Assembly: GCA_913046035.1 (NCBI GenBank) | Contig: CAJWSW010000005.1 | Location: 6,667 to 70,666, forward strand | Direction: 5' to 3' | From: an uncultured Alphaproteobacteria bacterium | Lineage (GTDB): Bacteria > Pseudomonadota > Alphaproteobacteria > MPNO01 > UBA830 | DNA: 64,000 bases | In this document: positions 1 through 9,745 of the stretch, one piece after another | Layout of the letters: every line of letters starts with the position of its first letter | Position numbering within the stretch: the first letter of the stretch is position 1 | The notes under the pieces: model-generated | What the model was told of the DNA's origin: nothing | Database searches by the model: none | The model's input: only the letters and a program-made list of their open reading frames with translations | Translations under genes and position numbers: made by a program

Positions 1-623
1 ACAGCCTCTACTGTGGTGTCGCACGGGCGGATCTGAATGCCTAGCCTTTCTGACCATTCCATTGCGAACCGGTCTCGATTTTCTTTTTGAGTGGAGTAGA
101 CACGGTAGTCTGCAATATTGTGAATGGTATCGATAGCGCGCAGTTGCGCTTGCGCTTGCCATCCAGTACCGATTAATGCGACCGAGCGCGAACCCTTTTT
201 GGCTAAAAATTTAGCCGCCAGTGCGGTTGTTCCAGCTACTCGCATGGGCTGAATCTCACCGTCCGGGAAGATCGCTAGCGGCTCGCCGGTTTCAGTTGAG
301 AATAATAACACAAGGCCGGTATAACGCTCTCCAGGAGCCGCCGGTATTTTCACTCGGCGGATATTTTCGCCAACTCTTGGATGTGTGATGATGTCAGAGT
401 TTAAGCGTATTGCACTGACCCCAAGCGACGGGGCAACGCCATCCATGGATTTAAGTGAATAGATCGCGTCGGGTACAGTATCTGACGTAACAATGGTGTC
501 ACTGCGCCGCCTCAGAGCGCCGCGCCCTTTTGCAAGTTCTTTGTAAGCAAACTCCAAAACATCAATAACTTCTCCAATTGTAATCAGGTCGCGAATGTCC
601 TGATTGTTGAGGATCAACGTCAT
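1..623 (-). CDS. Ornithine cyclodeaminase/mu-crystallin family protein (3' end runs off the window)
   Basis: Not in the ORF track. Manual translation from ATG 623 gives MTLILNNQDIRDLITIGEVIDVLEFAYKELAKG...GLVLLFSTETGEPLAIFPDGEIQPMRVAGTTALAAKFLA...VALIGTGWQAQAQL, which has the OCD-family substrate domain and Rossmann GxGxQA motifs. Confidence 0.88.
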   Translation of the reverse strand, partial: MTLILNNQDIRDLITIGEVIDVLEFAYKELAKGRGALRRRSDTIVTSDTVPDAIYSLKSMDGVAPSLGVSAIRLNSDIITHPRVGENIRRVKIPAAPGERYTGLVLLFSTETGEPLAIFPDGEIQPMRVAGTTALAAKFLAKKGSRSVALIGTGWQAQAQLRAIDTIHNIADYRVYSTQKENRDRFAMEWSERLGIQIRPCDTTVEA

Positions 624-855
624 AATGCTATTCCTGATGCGCGGACGTTCTGTCCGTTGTTAGCTGCAACCGTCACTTCAAAATCGCAACATAAGAACAT
701 CCTATCGTTTATTTTATAAAATATTTTGTACAATTCAGATGCCCCTTATCTGTCGGAGAACGAGCCTTGGTTTCAAGGGATATTTCCAATAAAAATGTGC
801 CGCGAAACAGGAATGAAGTCATTGCATCGTGAAGGTCTCGCGCACAAGTTGTAAA

Positions 856-1701
856 TCAGTCTCGTTTCGCGATGCCGCCCTCACCCGACCAGTCCGGCGG
901 GTTGCTTGCCTTTATACTGCGTCCATCCTTCACCAATTCTTTAATCAGACTTGCCAGCGGAAAGGACTGGTTTTCCTTGTCCATTAGTTTTTCCATCATC
1001 TGCATGTCTTTCAGTGCCCAGGTGAAAGTCATTCGGTCCCAATCTCGCAATGCCGCACTATCACCGGAACTCATCATCAGTGCTTTTCGCAGCTTTGGCA
1101 GTTCAATCCCCGTGGACCCAGCCAGCCGCCCCGCCTCGATAAGCGCGCAGCCGTTCACCCAAAGAAGGTAGTTGTTCATCATTTTCGCAACTTGGCCGTG
1201 GCCGACTGCTCCCATGTGTTCAATGTCGGAGCAAAATGTTTCGAATATGGGTCGTGAGCGCTCTACCGTCTCGACTGTGCCCCCGACAAGTGCGAGGAGC
1301 GTACCCTCATCCGCCGCCCAGCGGCCCCGGGCGATCGGCGCATCGAGAAAACTTATGCCTTTTTCGCGGCATCGTTGCTCAAGATCTTGAACGCCGCCGA
1401 CCGAGGCAGTGGAGCATACAGCTATCGCGCCGCCTGCAGCCATTCCAGACAGCGCGCCGGTTTCGTTGGTTAAACAGTCATAGACCTCCGGCTCGAAGCC
1501 CACGCCGACAATAATGTAATCGCTGTTTTCTCCTACTTCTCGCGGACTGCCTGCCTCGATACCGCCAGCATCGATTGCTTTACCTAACTGTGCTTCGTTG
1601 ACGTCATAGACTGTAACATTGAACCCAGCCTTCTTAAGATGTTTGAGCATGGCAAGCCCCATTCGGCCTGGCCCTATAATGCCGATGCGATCCTGCGCCA
1701 T
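856..1701 (-). CDS. NAD(P)-dependent oxidoreductase, beta-hydroxyacid (3-hydroxyisobutyrate) dehydrogenase family
   Basis: IGIIGPGRMG Rossmann fold, FLDAPIARG, and GQVAKMMNN with the catalytic Lys. Confidence 0.88.
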   Translation of the reverse strand: MAQDRIGIIGPGRMGLAMLKHLKKAGFNVTVYDVNEAQLGKAIDAGGIEAGSPREVGENSDYIIVGVGFEPEVYDCLTNETGALSGMAAGGAIAVCSTASVGGVQDLEQRCREKGISFLDAPIARGRWAADEGTLLALVGGTVETVERSRPIFETFCSDIEHMGAVGHGQVAKMMNNYLLWVNGCALIEAGRLAGSTGIELPKLRKALMMSSGDSAALRDWDRMTFTWALKDMQMMEKLMDKENQSFPLASLIKELVKDGRSIKASNPPDWSGEGGIAKRD

Positions 1702-1736
1702 GCGTAATTCCTCCTTCTGTAATGACTTTGGGAACC

Positions 1737-3395
1737 CTACGTCCCGTATTGCTCCTCCGCCGCTTTTAGCGACACGTATCCCTCTGCTACATCGTGCGCC
1801 ACTCGTTCCGGCGCACGCGATTTGGGGTTTCCGTATCCACCTCCGCCTGCGCTTTCTAAAAAGAATACGTCACCACTGTCGAGTTCAAACTTGCCAGCGG
1901 CCGGGGTCAGTATCTCCTCTGGCGTATCTGCCTTGATTACGAATTTGCTCGCACCGCCCGGATTACCGCCATTGGTGCCGGGGGGTGGATATTTGAAGCG
2001 GTCGTAGCGTCGCACCACAGTGCAGTTCTGCAAAACTTTGTATTTTCTCCGGAACGCAACCCCGCCTCGGAATTCGCCTGCGCCGCCGGAGTCTGTTACT
2101 AAATTAAACTCGGTGATACGGCATGGATATTCACTCTCTATAATTTCCACAGGGGTTACGTGCAGATTTGAAAGATGCGTTGCCGTTGCGTTGCACCCGT
2201 CATTTCCATAACCACCGCCATATGCTGAACCCAGGATTTCGTATTGGAGCGTATTGTGTCCTGGTCGGCCCCCTTCGTGCCAATTGATCGAAAGCGATCC
2301 TGATGATCCGGATCCGGCGATGGCACGCGTTGGATTGAATGCGGCCAGCGCCTCTAAAATTACGTCAGTAAGCCTCAAATTAGCTTTTTGGTACGATGAC
2401 ACCGGGGCAGGTGATTCCGCATTCGTGATAGTACGCGGGGCATAGACGAATTTCACCACGTCGCGCATCCCATCATTAAACTGCATGTTGTGGCCGAGAC
2501 AACCAATCAGAGAATAGAATACGCAGGCCTCCACCATCGATGGACGCAGGTTGATTGGTCCCTTCGCCTGAGGCTGCGAGTTCGAAAAATCGAAAGTGAT
2601 ATCGCTACCCTTTTTGATGATGGTGACCGCGAAATAAACGCCCTTATCCATTTCGACCCCGTCATCGTCCATGTAACCATCTGCTGTTGTAGTACCATCA
2701 GGTAGAGCAGAGATCGCTGTAATCATTTCGTCGGCTGCACTTTTAAGAATGGCGGCGAAGGACCCCATTACGGTATCAGTTCCAAAACGCTCACAATGGT
2801 CCTGCATACGGGTCACGCCCATCTGGGTCGCAGCGATTTGTGCCCGCACGTCGCCGCGGACAAGCTCGGGCTGCCGGCTATTTGTTAGGATGAGCCGTTC
2901 TAGGTCCTCTTCGTAGGTACCTTGTGTTGCAATTTTAACCGGCGGCAGGACTAGCCCTTCATGATAGATTTCGGTTGAATTTGCGGAAGTTGAGCCAGGG
3001 TTCATGCCGCCGATATCAGCTTTGTGTGCACAACTTCCGGAGAATCCTACTAAAACTCCCCCCGCGAAGATTGGTGCGATGAAAGCCATATCGGAAACGT
3101 GTGGAACACCCGCCTCGTATGGGTGGTTGGAGACCACGACGTCGCCGTCCTTTAACCCGTCTTCGCCATAAATCTCGATCGTGCGGTCTACAAAATGCTT
3201 GTAGAATGGCGCGTGAAAAAACATCGGTGGCGGAACAATCAAACGGCCGGATTTGTCGAGGATCACACAAGAAAAATCGCGGCTTTCGCGGATGATCGTA
3301 GAATAGCCCGATCGATAGAAATGATAATGCATTTCGTCGACCAAGCTGGCGACTTTGTTTTTCAAAATCTGCACGGTAATGGGATCGAGGCGCAT
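1737..3395 (-). CDS. Hydantoinase B / 5-oxoprolinase family subunit
   Basis: DPITVQIL, STIIRESRDFS, NHPY..G..H, HKADIGG, DSGGAGEFRGG, GGGGYG. Likely start is MRLDPIT at 3395, 2 nt after the A-subunit stop. Confidence 0.92.
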   Translation of the reverse strand: MRLDPITVQILKNKVASLVDEMHYHFYRSGYSTIIRESRDFSCVILDKSGRLIVPPPMFFHAPFYKHFVDRTIEIYGEDGLKDGDVVVSNHPYEAGVPHVSDMAFIAPIFAGGVLVGFSGSCAHKADIGGMNPGSTSANSTEIYHEGLVLPPVKIATQGTYEEDLERLILTNSRQPELVRGDVRAQIAATQMGVTRMQDHCERFGTDTVMGSFAAILKSAADEMITAISALPDGTTTADGYMDDDGVEMDKGVYFAVTIIKKGSDITFDFSNSQPQAKGPINLRPSMVEACVFYSLIGCLGHNMQFNDGMRDVVKFVYAPRTITNAESPAPVSSYQKANLRLTDVILEALAAFNPTRAIAGSGSSGSLSINWHEGGRPGHNTLQYEILGSAYGGGYGNDGCNATATHLSNLHVTPVEIIESEYPCRITEFNLVTDSGGAGEFRGGVAFRRKYKVLQNCTVVRRYDRFKYPPPGTNGGNPGGASKFVIKADTPEEILTPAAGKFELDSGDVFFLESAGGGGYGNPKSRAPERVAHDVAEGYVSLKAAEEQYGT

Positions 3396-3397
3396 TC

Positions 3398-5485
3398 CTA
3401 AACCTCTCGCGTTAAGATTAGGTTCATGAACCCATCGACGTGTGAAGACCATCCGTCTGGTACTACGGTCGTACTGTCTAGCTGTTCGATGATTGCAGGG
3501 CCTGATAGTGTTGAGCCTGGCGGCATGCCATCACGGTGCCATATCGTGGTCTCGGTCGGGACGTCAGAAGTGAACCAGACTAGACGGGTGCCCTTTTGGG
3601 CACTGTGGGGCGCAGGCGCCATTGTTTTAACAACTTCCGTTGCAGGCTCGTATTTTGGCACCGCTATACGCGCGCGGACGCGGTAACTGACTATTTCGGC
3701 GGGTTTTTCCTTCGCGGCATGGCCGTGAATTCGCGCGTGAATGCCATCAAACCGGTCACGAGCAACAACTAGGGCGGCGGCGTCCAAGCCCTTGTTTCCG
3801 CTTATGCCATCCAACGGAACGCGAAGTTCATAACCTTGCCCGGTGTAGCGCATATCGAGTTCGCGAGTGAAGGTAGCCGCGGTCGGGTCCATACCCTCGT
3901 TTTTTAGTTCAATTCGCCCGCGATCTTCTAGTTCCTGAAAAATTGTCTCGGCATGGTTTGGTGGTACTTGATCGAGGGGCCGCAGTTCAGAGCGGATGTA
4001 ATCATGCACCACGTCCGTACATAAAAGTCCTAGTGCAGAAAACGCACCCGGCCGCCGTGGCACAAGGATCCGCGACATTCCCAGCTCCTCAGCCACTGGG
4101 GCTGCATGCACGGCGCCCGCGCCGCCAAAGGGTAGCAGCGTAAACTCCTGCGGGTCGACGCCTCGTTTTGCGCCAAAGATGCGTACCTCGTCGGCCATTC
4201 GCATGTCTACGATACGGCGAATTCCAGCGGCTGCTTCGAGGGCCGACATACTGAGTAGCTTACCAACTTTTTCATCTAAAGCGTTTAATGAGGCGTCGAC
4301 GTTGAGCGACTGCGCACCGCCAAGAAAATAATCGGGGTTCAGGAAACCGCACGCAATATCGGCATCGGTCACAGTCGGGCTTTCGCCGCCGTTTCCATAG
4401 CAAGCCGGACCAGGATCCGCGCCGGCACTCTGTGGGCCTACCGCCAGCAATCCACCTCCATCTACCCAGGCAATGGAACCTCCGCCCGCCGAAATTGTTG
4501 TGAGGTCAAGCGCTGGCACGTCCAGCCTACGCCGGGCCACCTCACCTTCCGTCACTTCAAGGGGTGTTCCCCCTTCGATAAAAGCAATATCGCAAGACGT
4601 TCCGCCCATATCGAGGGTGACAAGCCCCTTTTTCGCGTCTTCTGCAGCGAGATACGCTGCCGCTTGAGCTCCGGCGGCCGGGCCCGAAAACAGAGTGTGA
4701 ACGGTCTTTGCTCCGGCAACTGCGGCTTCGAATGGCATTACGCCACCATTTGATTGCATCAAAAAGCGCTGCTGTGTCTCAACACCCCCGTCATCTAGCC
4801 CGTCAGATAGATCTCGGATGTAATGTACAAGAACGGGCTCAAGGTATGCGTTGAGCAATGTCGTTGACATACGCGGCCATTCGCGGATACGGGGAAGAAC
4901 GTCGGAAGACAGGGATACATGGGCTTCTGGCCATTCTTCAAGAATGACATCGCGCGTGCGTTGTTCGTGGCCTGGGTTCATGAAGGAAAAAAGATAAACG
5001 ACGGCAATGGACGAGACGCCCTTTTTTCTTAATGCACGGGCGGCCGTTCGCACCGCCTCCTCGTCTAGAGGCTCTAGCTCATTCCCTTCATAATCGAACC
5101 GTCCTGCAGCCTCGAATGTTAAACTCTGGGGGGCGAGGTGCGGCGGTCGCTGGAAAAAATAGTCGAATGGGTTCCCATCTCGCGCTTGCTGCTGAATTTC
5201 CTGTATTGCGCGATATCCTTTTGTAATGAGCATACCGATGCTCGCGCCACGTCCCTCTAGAAGAGCATTGGTTGTTATCGTAGTGCCGTGGGCAAAAAAC
5301 TCGATTTCTGATGGTGTTTTTCCGTGCGCAATAAACCGTTTCACGCCGTCGAGCACACCAAGCGCCGGATTGGAAGGGGTTGAAGAGACCTTCTCTACTT
5401 CTATGGATCCGTCTGCGATGTTTAAAAGAACGAGATCCGTATGAGTACCGCCGACATCTACGCCAAGGCGATAGGGCCCGCTCAC
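3398..5485 (-). CDS. Hydantoinase A / 5-oxoprolinase family subunit (ATP-dependent)
   Basis: GVDVGGTHTD, HGTTITTNALL, SGPAAG, DMGGTSCD, SAGADPGPACYG. Confidence 0.93.
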   Translation of the reverse strand: MSGPYRLGVDVGGTHTDLVLLNIADGSIEVEKVSSTPSNPALGVLDGVKRFIAHGKTPSEIEFFAHGTTITTNALLEGRGASIGMLITKGYRAIQEIQQQARDGNPFDYFFQRPPHLAPQSLTFEAAGRFDYEGNELEPLDEEAVRTAARALRKKGVSSIAVVYLFSFMNPGHEQRTRDVILEEWPEAHVSLSSDVLPRIREWPRMSTTLLNAYLEPVLVHYIRDLSDGLDDGGVETQQRFLMQSNGGVMPFEAAVAGAKTVHTLFSGPAAGAQAAAYLAAEDAKKGLVTLDMGGTSCDIAFIEGGTPLEVTEGEVARRRLDVPALDLTTISAGGGSIAWVDGGGLLAVGPQSAGADPGPACYGNGGESPTVTDADIACGFLNPDYFLGGAQSLNVDASLNALDEKVGKLLSMSALEAAAGIRRIVDMRMADEVRIFGAKRGVDPQEFTLLPFGGAGAVHAAPVAEELGMSRILVPRRPGAFSALGLLCTDVVHDYIRSELRPLDQVPPNHAETIFQELEDRGRIELKNEGMDPTAATFTRELDMRYTGQGYELRVPLDGISGNKGLDAAALVVARDRFDGIHARIHGHAAKEKPAEIVSYRVRARIAVPKYEPATEVVKTMAPAPHSAQKGTRLVWFTSDVPTETTIWHRDGMPPGSTLSGPAIIEQLDSTTVVPDGWSSHVDGFMNLILTREV

Positions 5486-6261
5486 TTACCATCCTTACGT
5501 TTTGCTGGGCTGGCAAACGACGCCATCGCCATTGTTCCCCCGTCGACAAATAAGTTGGCACCGGCAATGAAAGACGCATCGTCTGATGCCAGGAAGAGCA
5601 CCGCTTTAGCCTGTTCGTCGGGTTCGCCCGGGCGGCCAACAAGGTTGTTTACCTTTCGGTTACGATCAAAAATTTCCTGACCAACTGGTGATCCAGTCAT
5701 GTTTGGAGAAACTTGGTTTACGATGATGCCGTACGGTGCAAGCTGAACGGCCATAGACTGTGTGAGATTGGCGACGCCACCTTTGGCTGCGGTATAAGCC
5801 AGCGCGCTGGGGCGACCCTTGAAACCGGACGTTGATCCGATATTTATCACCTTTCCACCACGGTCATTGTCTACCATCCAATTTGCGACTTGTTTGGTAA
5901 CGTAAAACGGGGTCGAGAGTGTCACATCGATTGTCTTACGCCATTCCTCCTCAGTAATCTCGAAGATATCCTTGTTGTCTGAAATCGCAACGTTGTTAAC
6001 CAAAATATCTATTGCGCCAAAAGCATCTACCGTGGAAGAAACCATCTTCGCAATATCTCCGGTATCTGACACATCACAAACGACTGCTGCTGCCTCGCCG
6101 CCATCTCCTTTGATCCGGTCTGCGACAGCTTTGGCGCGACTTTCGTCCATGTCAACGACGGCTACCTTTGCACCCTCTTGGGCGAATAGGACGGCTATCT
6201 CTTCACCGATATTTCTGCCGGCCCCGGTAACAATGGCCGTTTTTTCTGCCAGCTTCATCAC
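5482..6261 (-). CDS. SDR family oxidoreductase
   Basis: TGAGRNIG, LVNN, YTAAK catalytic motif, LFVDGG; overlaps the start of hydantoinase A. Confidence 0.92.
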   Translation of the reverse strand: MMKLAEKTAIVTGAGRNIGEEIAVLFAQEGAKVAVVDMDESRAKAVADRIKGDGGEAAAVVCDVSDTGDIAKMVSSTVDAFGAIDILVNNVAISDNKDIFEITEEEWRKTIDVTLSTPFYVTKQVANWMVDNDRGGKVINIGSTSGFKGRPSALAYTAAKGGVANLTQSMAVQLAPYGIIVNQVSPNMTGSPVGQEIFDRNRKVNNLVGRPGEPDEQAKAVLFLASDDASFIAGANLFVDGGTMAMASFASPAKRKDGK

Positions 6262-6338
6262 TATTCCTCCTTGTTTTCCCGTCGTCGTGTTTCAATTATA
6301 AGGAGACAATAAACTTAGAATACGAAGGAAAATCAAGA

Positions 6339-8645
6339 ATGGGTGAATTCGATGTCGGGCAGCCAATTCCGCGTACTGAAGATCCGCGACTATTAACGGG
6401 TGGCGGGCGTTACTCGGACGACTATAACCTGCCGCATCAATTGCGAGGCTATGTGCTGCGCTCGCCGCACGCCCACGCTGAAATAACCACTATCGATCTC
6501 GCGCTCGCGTCCACTATGCCTGGTGTTCACGCAATCCTCACCGCGGAGGATTATCGCGCAGATGGTCATGGGGATCTGCAATGCGGATCACGATGGAACG
6601 ATAGACAGTACCAGCCACCTAATCCACCACTCGCACTTGGTCGTGTCCGACACGTCGGCGAAGCTGTCGCTTTTATAATTGCTGATACAATTGATCAGGC
6701 AAAAGATGCAGCCGAGGCAATCCAAATTGATTATGCGGAACTACCGGCGAATACAATCACGGCCGTAGCAATGGACGAAGATACTCCGGCCGTTTGGGAC
6801 GAACGGGAAAATAATGAATGCTTCTACGAACAGCGTGGCTATCCTGAGGAGACGAGGGCAGCGTTTGAGGTCGCCGACATTGTAGTAGAGCGGGTCTTTC
6901 CAATCACACGCACCATAACCAACACTATCGAGCCCCGTTCATACCTGGGCGATTACAATCCGATGGATCAGCGTTACACGCTCTACACCGGCTGTCATTA
7001 TCCCCACAAGATACGGGAACAAATGGCGACGGAGGTATTTCATGTCGCCGAACAGGATGTGCGCGTCATTGCGGGCGATGTGGGTGGGAGTTTTGGCCTG
7101 CGCGGCAGTGTGTACCCGGAACAGGTACTTGTGATGTGGGCGTCACAGAGGCTTGCGCGGCCGGTGAAATGGACAGCCGAACGGTCAGAAGCTCATCTCA
7201 GTGATTACCAGGGCCGCGATAACTATTCAGTTGCGAAGTTGGCGATTGACGCAGACGGTAATTTTCTCGGTATGCACGTGCGGACGCTGGCAGCCCTCGG
7301 CGCTTTTGTCACTACCGGGGGAAACGGCCCGCCCATAAACAATCTTGGAACTCTGGCGGGCACTTACAAAACACCGGCAATACATGTTGAGGTATCAGGT
7401 GTTTTCACAAATACAACGCCAACCTGCCCTTATCGGGGAGCAGGCAGACCGGAGGCCGCTTATATAATCGAATCTCTTGTCGAGGCGGCTGCCCAAAAAC
7501 TAGGGCGTGATCCGGCTGATTTGCGACGACAGAATACCATTTCCCCAGATGCTATGCCTTTCAAGACAGGACTGGTGTTCACATACGATTGCGGCGAGTT
7601 CGAGAATAACCTGAATGATGGTTTAGAGATGATTGACTACGCTGGGTTCGAGGCAAGGCGAGCCGAGGCCGAAACCCGGGGAAAGATCCGGGGTATCGGA
7701 ATTTCTAATACCATTGAACGTGCTGGTGGTCCATCTATGGAGGAGGCTACTGTTCGCATAGATAAGACCGGTAACATCATGGTTTTAGCGGGTACAATCA
7801 GCCAGGGGCAGGGGCATGATACTGTTTATAAACAAATCGTTGCTGAACAACTTGGTGTGTCCGTTGATCGCATCCGGGTACGCGAAGGAGATACCGACCA
7901 GCAGGGCATCGGCGGCGGCACAGGCGGCTCTCGCTCGGCAACCTGCGGCGGTTCGGCAGTGCTTCGAGCTTCTCTTGCTGCTATTGAAAAGGCAAAAAGA
8001 CTGGCTGCACACCAGTTGGAAGCAAGCGTCGACGATATAGAATTCGCTGACGGCACTTTTACGATTGCAGGCACTGATCGATCGATGACACTTGAGCAAG
8101 TGGCGAAGGTTTCCTACGCCCCCGGTAAGCAGCCTGAAGGGGTTGATGCTGGCATTGATGAACGCGCGACCTTCTCACCGTCTGCAGCAAACTATCCGAA
8201 CGGCACCCATGCCTGTGAGGTTGAGATCGATCCTGATACTGGAGAAATAGAAATCAAAGCTTACGTTATTGTTGACGATGTTGGAACCGTTCTGAACCCG
8301 TTACTGCTAAAAGGTCAAATCCATGGAGGTGTCGCGCAAGGCGTCGGACAAGCGATTATGGAGAGAGCGGTTTACGACGGTGTAGGCCAAAATGTCTCAG
8401 GATCATTTATGGATTATGCTATGCCTCGCGCACAGGATTTTACGCTTTTTGATGTCAAATCTAACCCTGTTCCAACGCAGCAAAACCCGCTTGGCGTAAA
8501 AGGTGCCGGCGAAGCCGGCACGGTGGGTGCACTTCCCGCCGTGATGAATGCTATTGAACATGCACTCCGCGGAGCCGGTGTTGAAAAAATTGACTTGCCC
8601 GCTTCACCTGAACGTGTATGGCAAGCGCTGCAGATTGCGAGCTGA
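6339..8645 (+). CDS. Xanthine dehydrogenase family molybdopterin-binding subunit (CoxL form II-like)
   Basis: RTEDPRLLTG, RSPHAHA, GGSFG, PYRGAGRPE, QGQGH, GQIHGG, KGAGEAG. Confidence 0.93.
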   Translation: MGEFDVGQPIPRTEDPRLLTGGGRYSDDYNLPHQLRGYVLRSPHAHAEITTIDLALASTMPGVHAILTAEDYRADGHGDLQCGSRWNDRQYQPPNPPLALGRVRHVGEAVAFIIADTIDQAKDAAEAIQIDYAELPANTITAVAMDEDTPAVWDERENNECFYEQRGYPEETRAAFEVADIVVERVFPITRTITNTIEPRSYLGDYNPMDQRYTLYTGCHYPHKIREQMATEVFHVAEQDVRVIAGDVGGSFGLRGSVYPEQVLVMWASQRLARPVKWTAERSEAHLSDYQGRDNYSVAKLAIDADGNFLGMHVRTLAALGAFVTTGGNGPPINNLGTLAGTYKTPAIHVEVSGVFTNTTPTCPYRGAGRPEAAYIIESLVEAAAQKLGRDPADLRRQNTISPDAMPFKTGLVFTYDCGEFENNLNDGLEMIDYAGFEARRAEAETRGKIRGIGISNTIERAGGPSMEEATVRIDKTGNIMVLAGTISQGQGHDTVYKQIVAEQLGVSVDRIRVREGDTDQQGIGGGTGGSRSATCGGSAVLRASLAAIEKAKRLAAHQLEASVDDIEFADGTFTIAGTDRSMTLEQVAKVSYAPGKQPEGVDAGIDERATFSPSAANYPNGTHACEVEIDPDTGEIEIKAYVIVDDVGTVLNPLLLKGQIHGGVAQGVGQAIMERAVYDGVGQNVSGSFMDYAMPRAQDFTLFDVKSNPVPTQQNPLGVKGAGEAGTVGALPAVMNAIEHALRGAGVEKIDLPASPERVWQALQIAS

Positions 8646-8854
8646 CGTTGTAAACGCATTTGTTTTGGTGCTTGGCGTGTTGTTTCGACCATCACTTGCT
8701 GAAAACTGGATATTTTGCCGGCTGCTCTTGGAGTGATCGGCGCTAGTCCTTTCCAAAAAGAATGAAGGAACGAATTGATCGAATAGCAGAACGGTTGTTT
8801 TTATATCTTGAAAATTTGAAGTCCGAAAACCGGTTAGGGTGTCGGTAACCTAAC

Positions 8855-9730
8855 TCAACTAGTAGCTTCGCCCTCCACCGTTGTGCGGTACAGGTGACGG
8901 ATATCGGGGTATTCGTAACCGCCGGTGGCACGATGATTGGTGCAGCGGTTATCCCACATGACTACGTCGCCATCATGCCATACGTGTCGATATCGGAACT
9001 CAGTTTTGATGGAGTGCGCGATTAATTCGTCGAGAAGAGTGTCAGCGTCCTCAGTGCTTAAGCCGTTACCCTCAATCGCGATGGTGAAACGGGGTGAACA
9101 GTAAAGGCTCTTGCGCCCGGTAACTGGATGCACCCTTACCAAGGGATGCGTAACATCGGGGATCTCGCGTTCCTGACGCTTATAGAACTCGATGGCGTCT
9201 TTACGCGCGCCAGAAATTTCAACGCGTTTGTTTTTTAGCTTGCTAATAGAGTGATGGCCTCGCAGTTTTAAAATCTGCGTCTTGGTCCTCTCTGGCAAGG
9301 CATCGTAGGCATTATACATATTAGCGAAGTCGGTATGCCCTCCACGTGAGGGGTTTTTTACAGAATACAGAATTGTACAGTTAGCCGGATGCTCTTTGAA
9401 CTGGTGGTCGGAGTGCCACGCATCGCCAGCATCGATTACGCCGATTTGATTTCCATTTGCGTCCACATCGTTTGAGAGAACGAGGATTTTGGGGTGCGTA
9501 TCGAGCGTAAATTTTAGGTTGTCGTGAGGGAGTACGTCCCCGAAGCGTTCGGAAAACTGGACCATAGCAGCTGGTTTGAGATCTTGGTTCCGTATGCACA
9601 ACATCTGGTATTTAAGGTAGGCCTGATTGATTTGATCAAATGTAGCGTCGTCCAAATCGTTAAGGTCTACGCCAATGATCTCGGCGCCCATTGTTTCGCT
9701 TAGCCGGTGGATTTTTATTGGTTGCGCCAT
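8855..9730 (-). CDS. TauD/TfdA family Fe(II)/2-oxoglutarate dioxygenase
   Basis: WHSD (HxD), GGHTDFAN, HPLVRVHPVTGRKSLY, WDNRCTNHR. Confidence 0.92.
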   Translation of the reverse strand: MAQPIKIHRLSETMGAEIIGVDLNDLDDATFDQINQAYLKYQMLCIRNQDLKPAAMVQFSERFGDVLPHDNLKFTLDTHPKILVLSNDVDANGNQIGVIDAGDAWHSDHQFKEHPANCTILYSVKNPSRGGHTDFANMYNAYDALPERTKTQILKLRGHHSISKLKNKRVEISGARKDAIEFYKRQEREIPDVTHPLVRVHPVTGRKSLYCSPRFTIAIEGNGLSTEDADTLLDELIAHSIKTEFRYRHVWHDGDVVMWDNRCTNHRATGGYEYPDIRHLYRTTVEGEATS

Positions 9731-9745
9731 ATAGCTAATTTCCCG

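Noticed and set aside
856-1701. Imine reductase (IRED)
   Set aside because: It keeps the catalytic Lys (AKMMNN) typical of beta-hydroxyacid dehydrogenases.
6339-8645. Aerobic CO dehydrogenase (coxL form I)
   Set aside because: None of the four large subunits has the form I AYxCSFR motif. This one has PYRGAGR, and no cox accessory genes are present.
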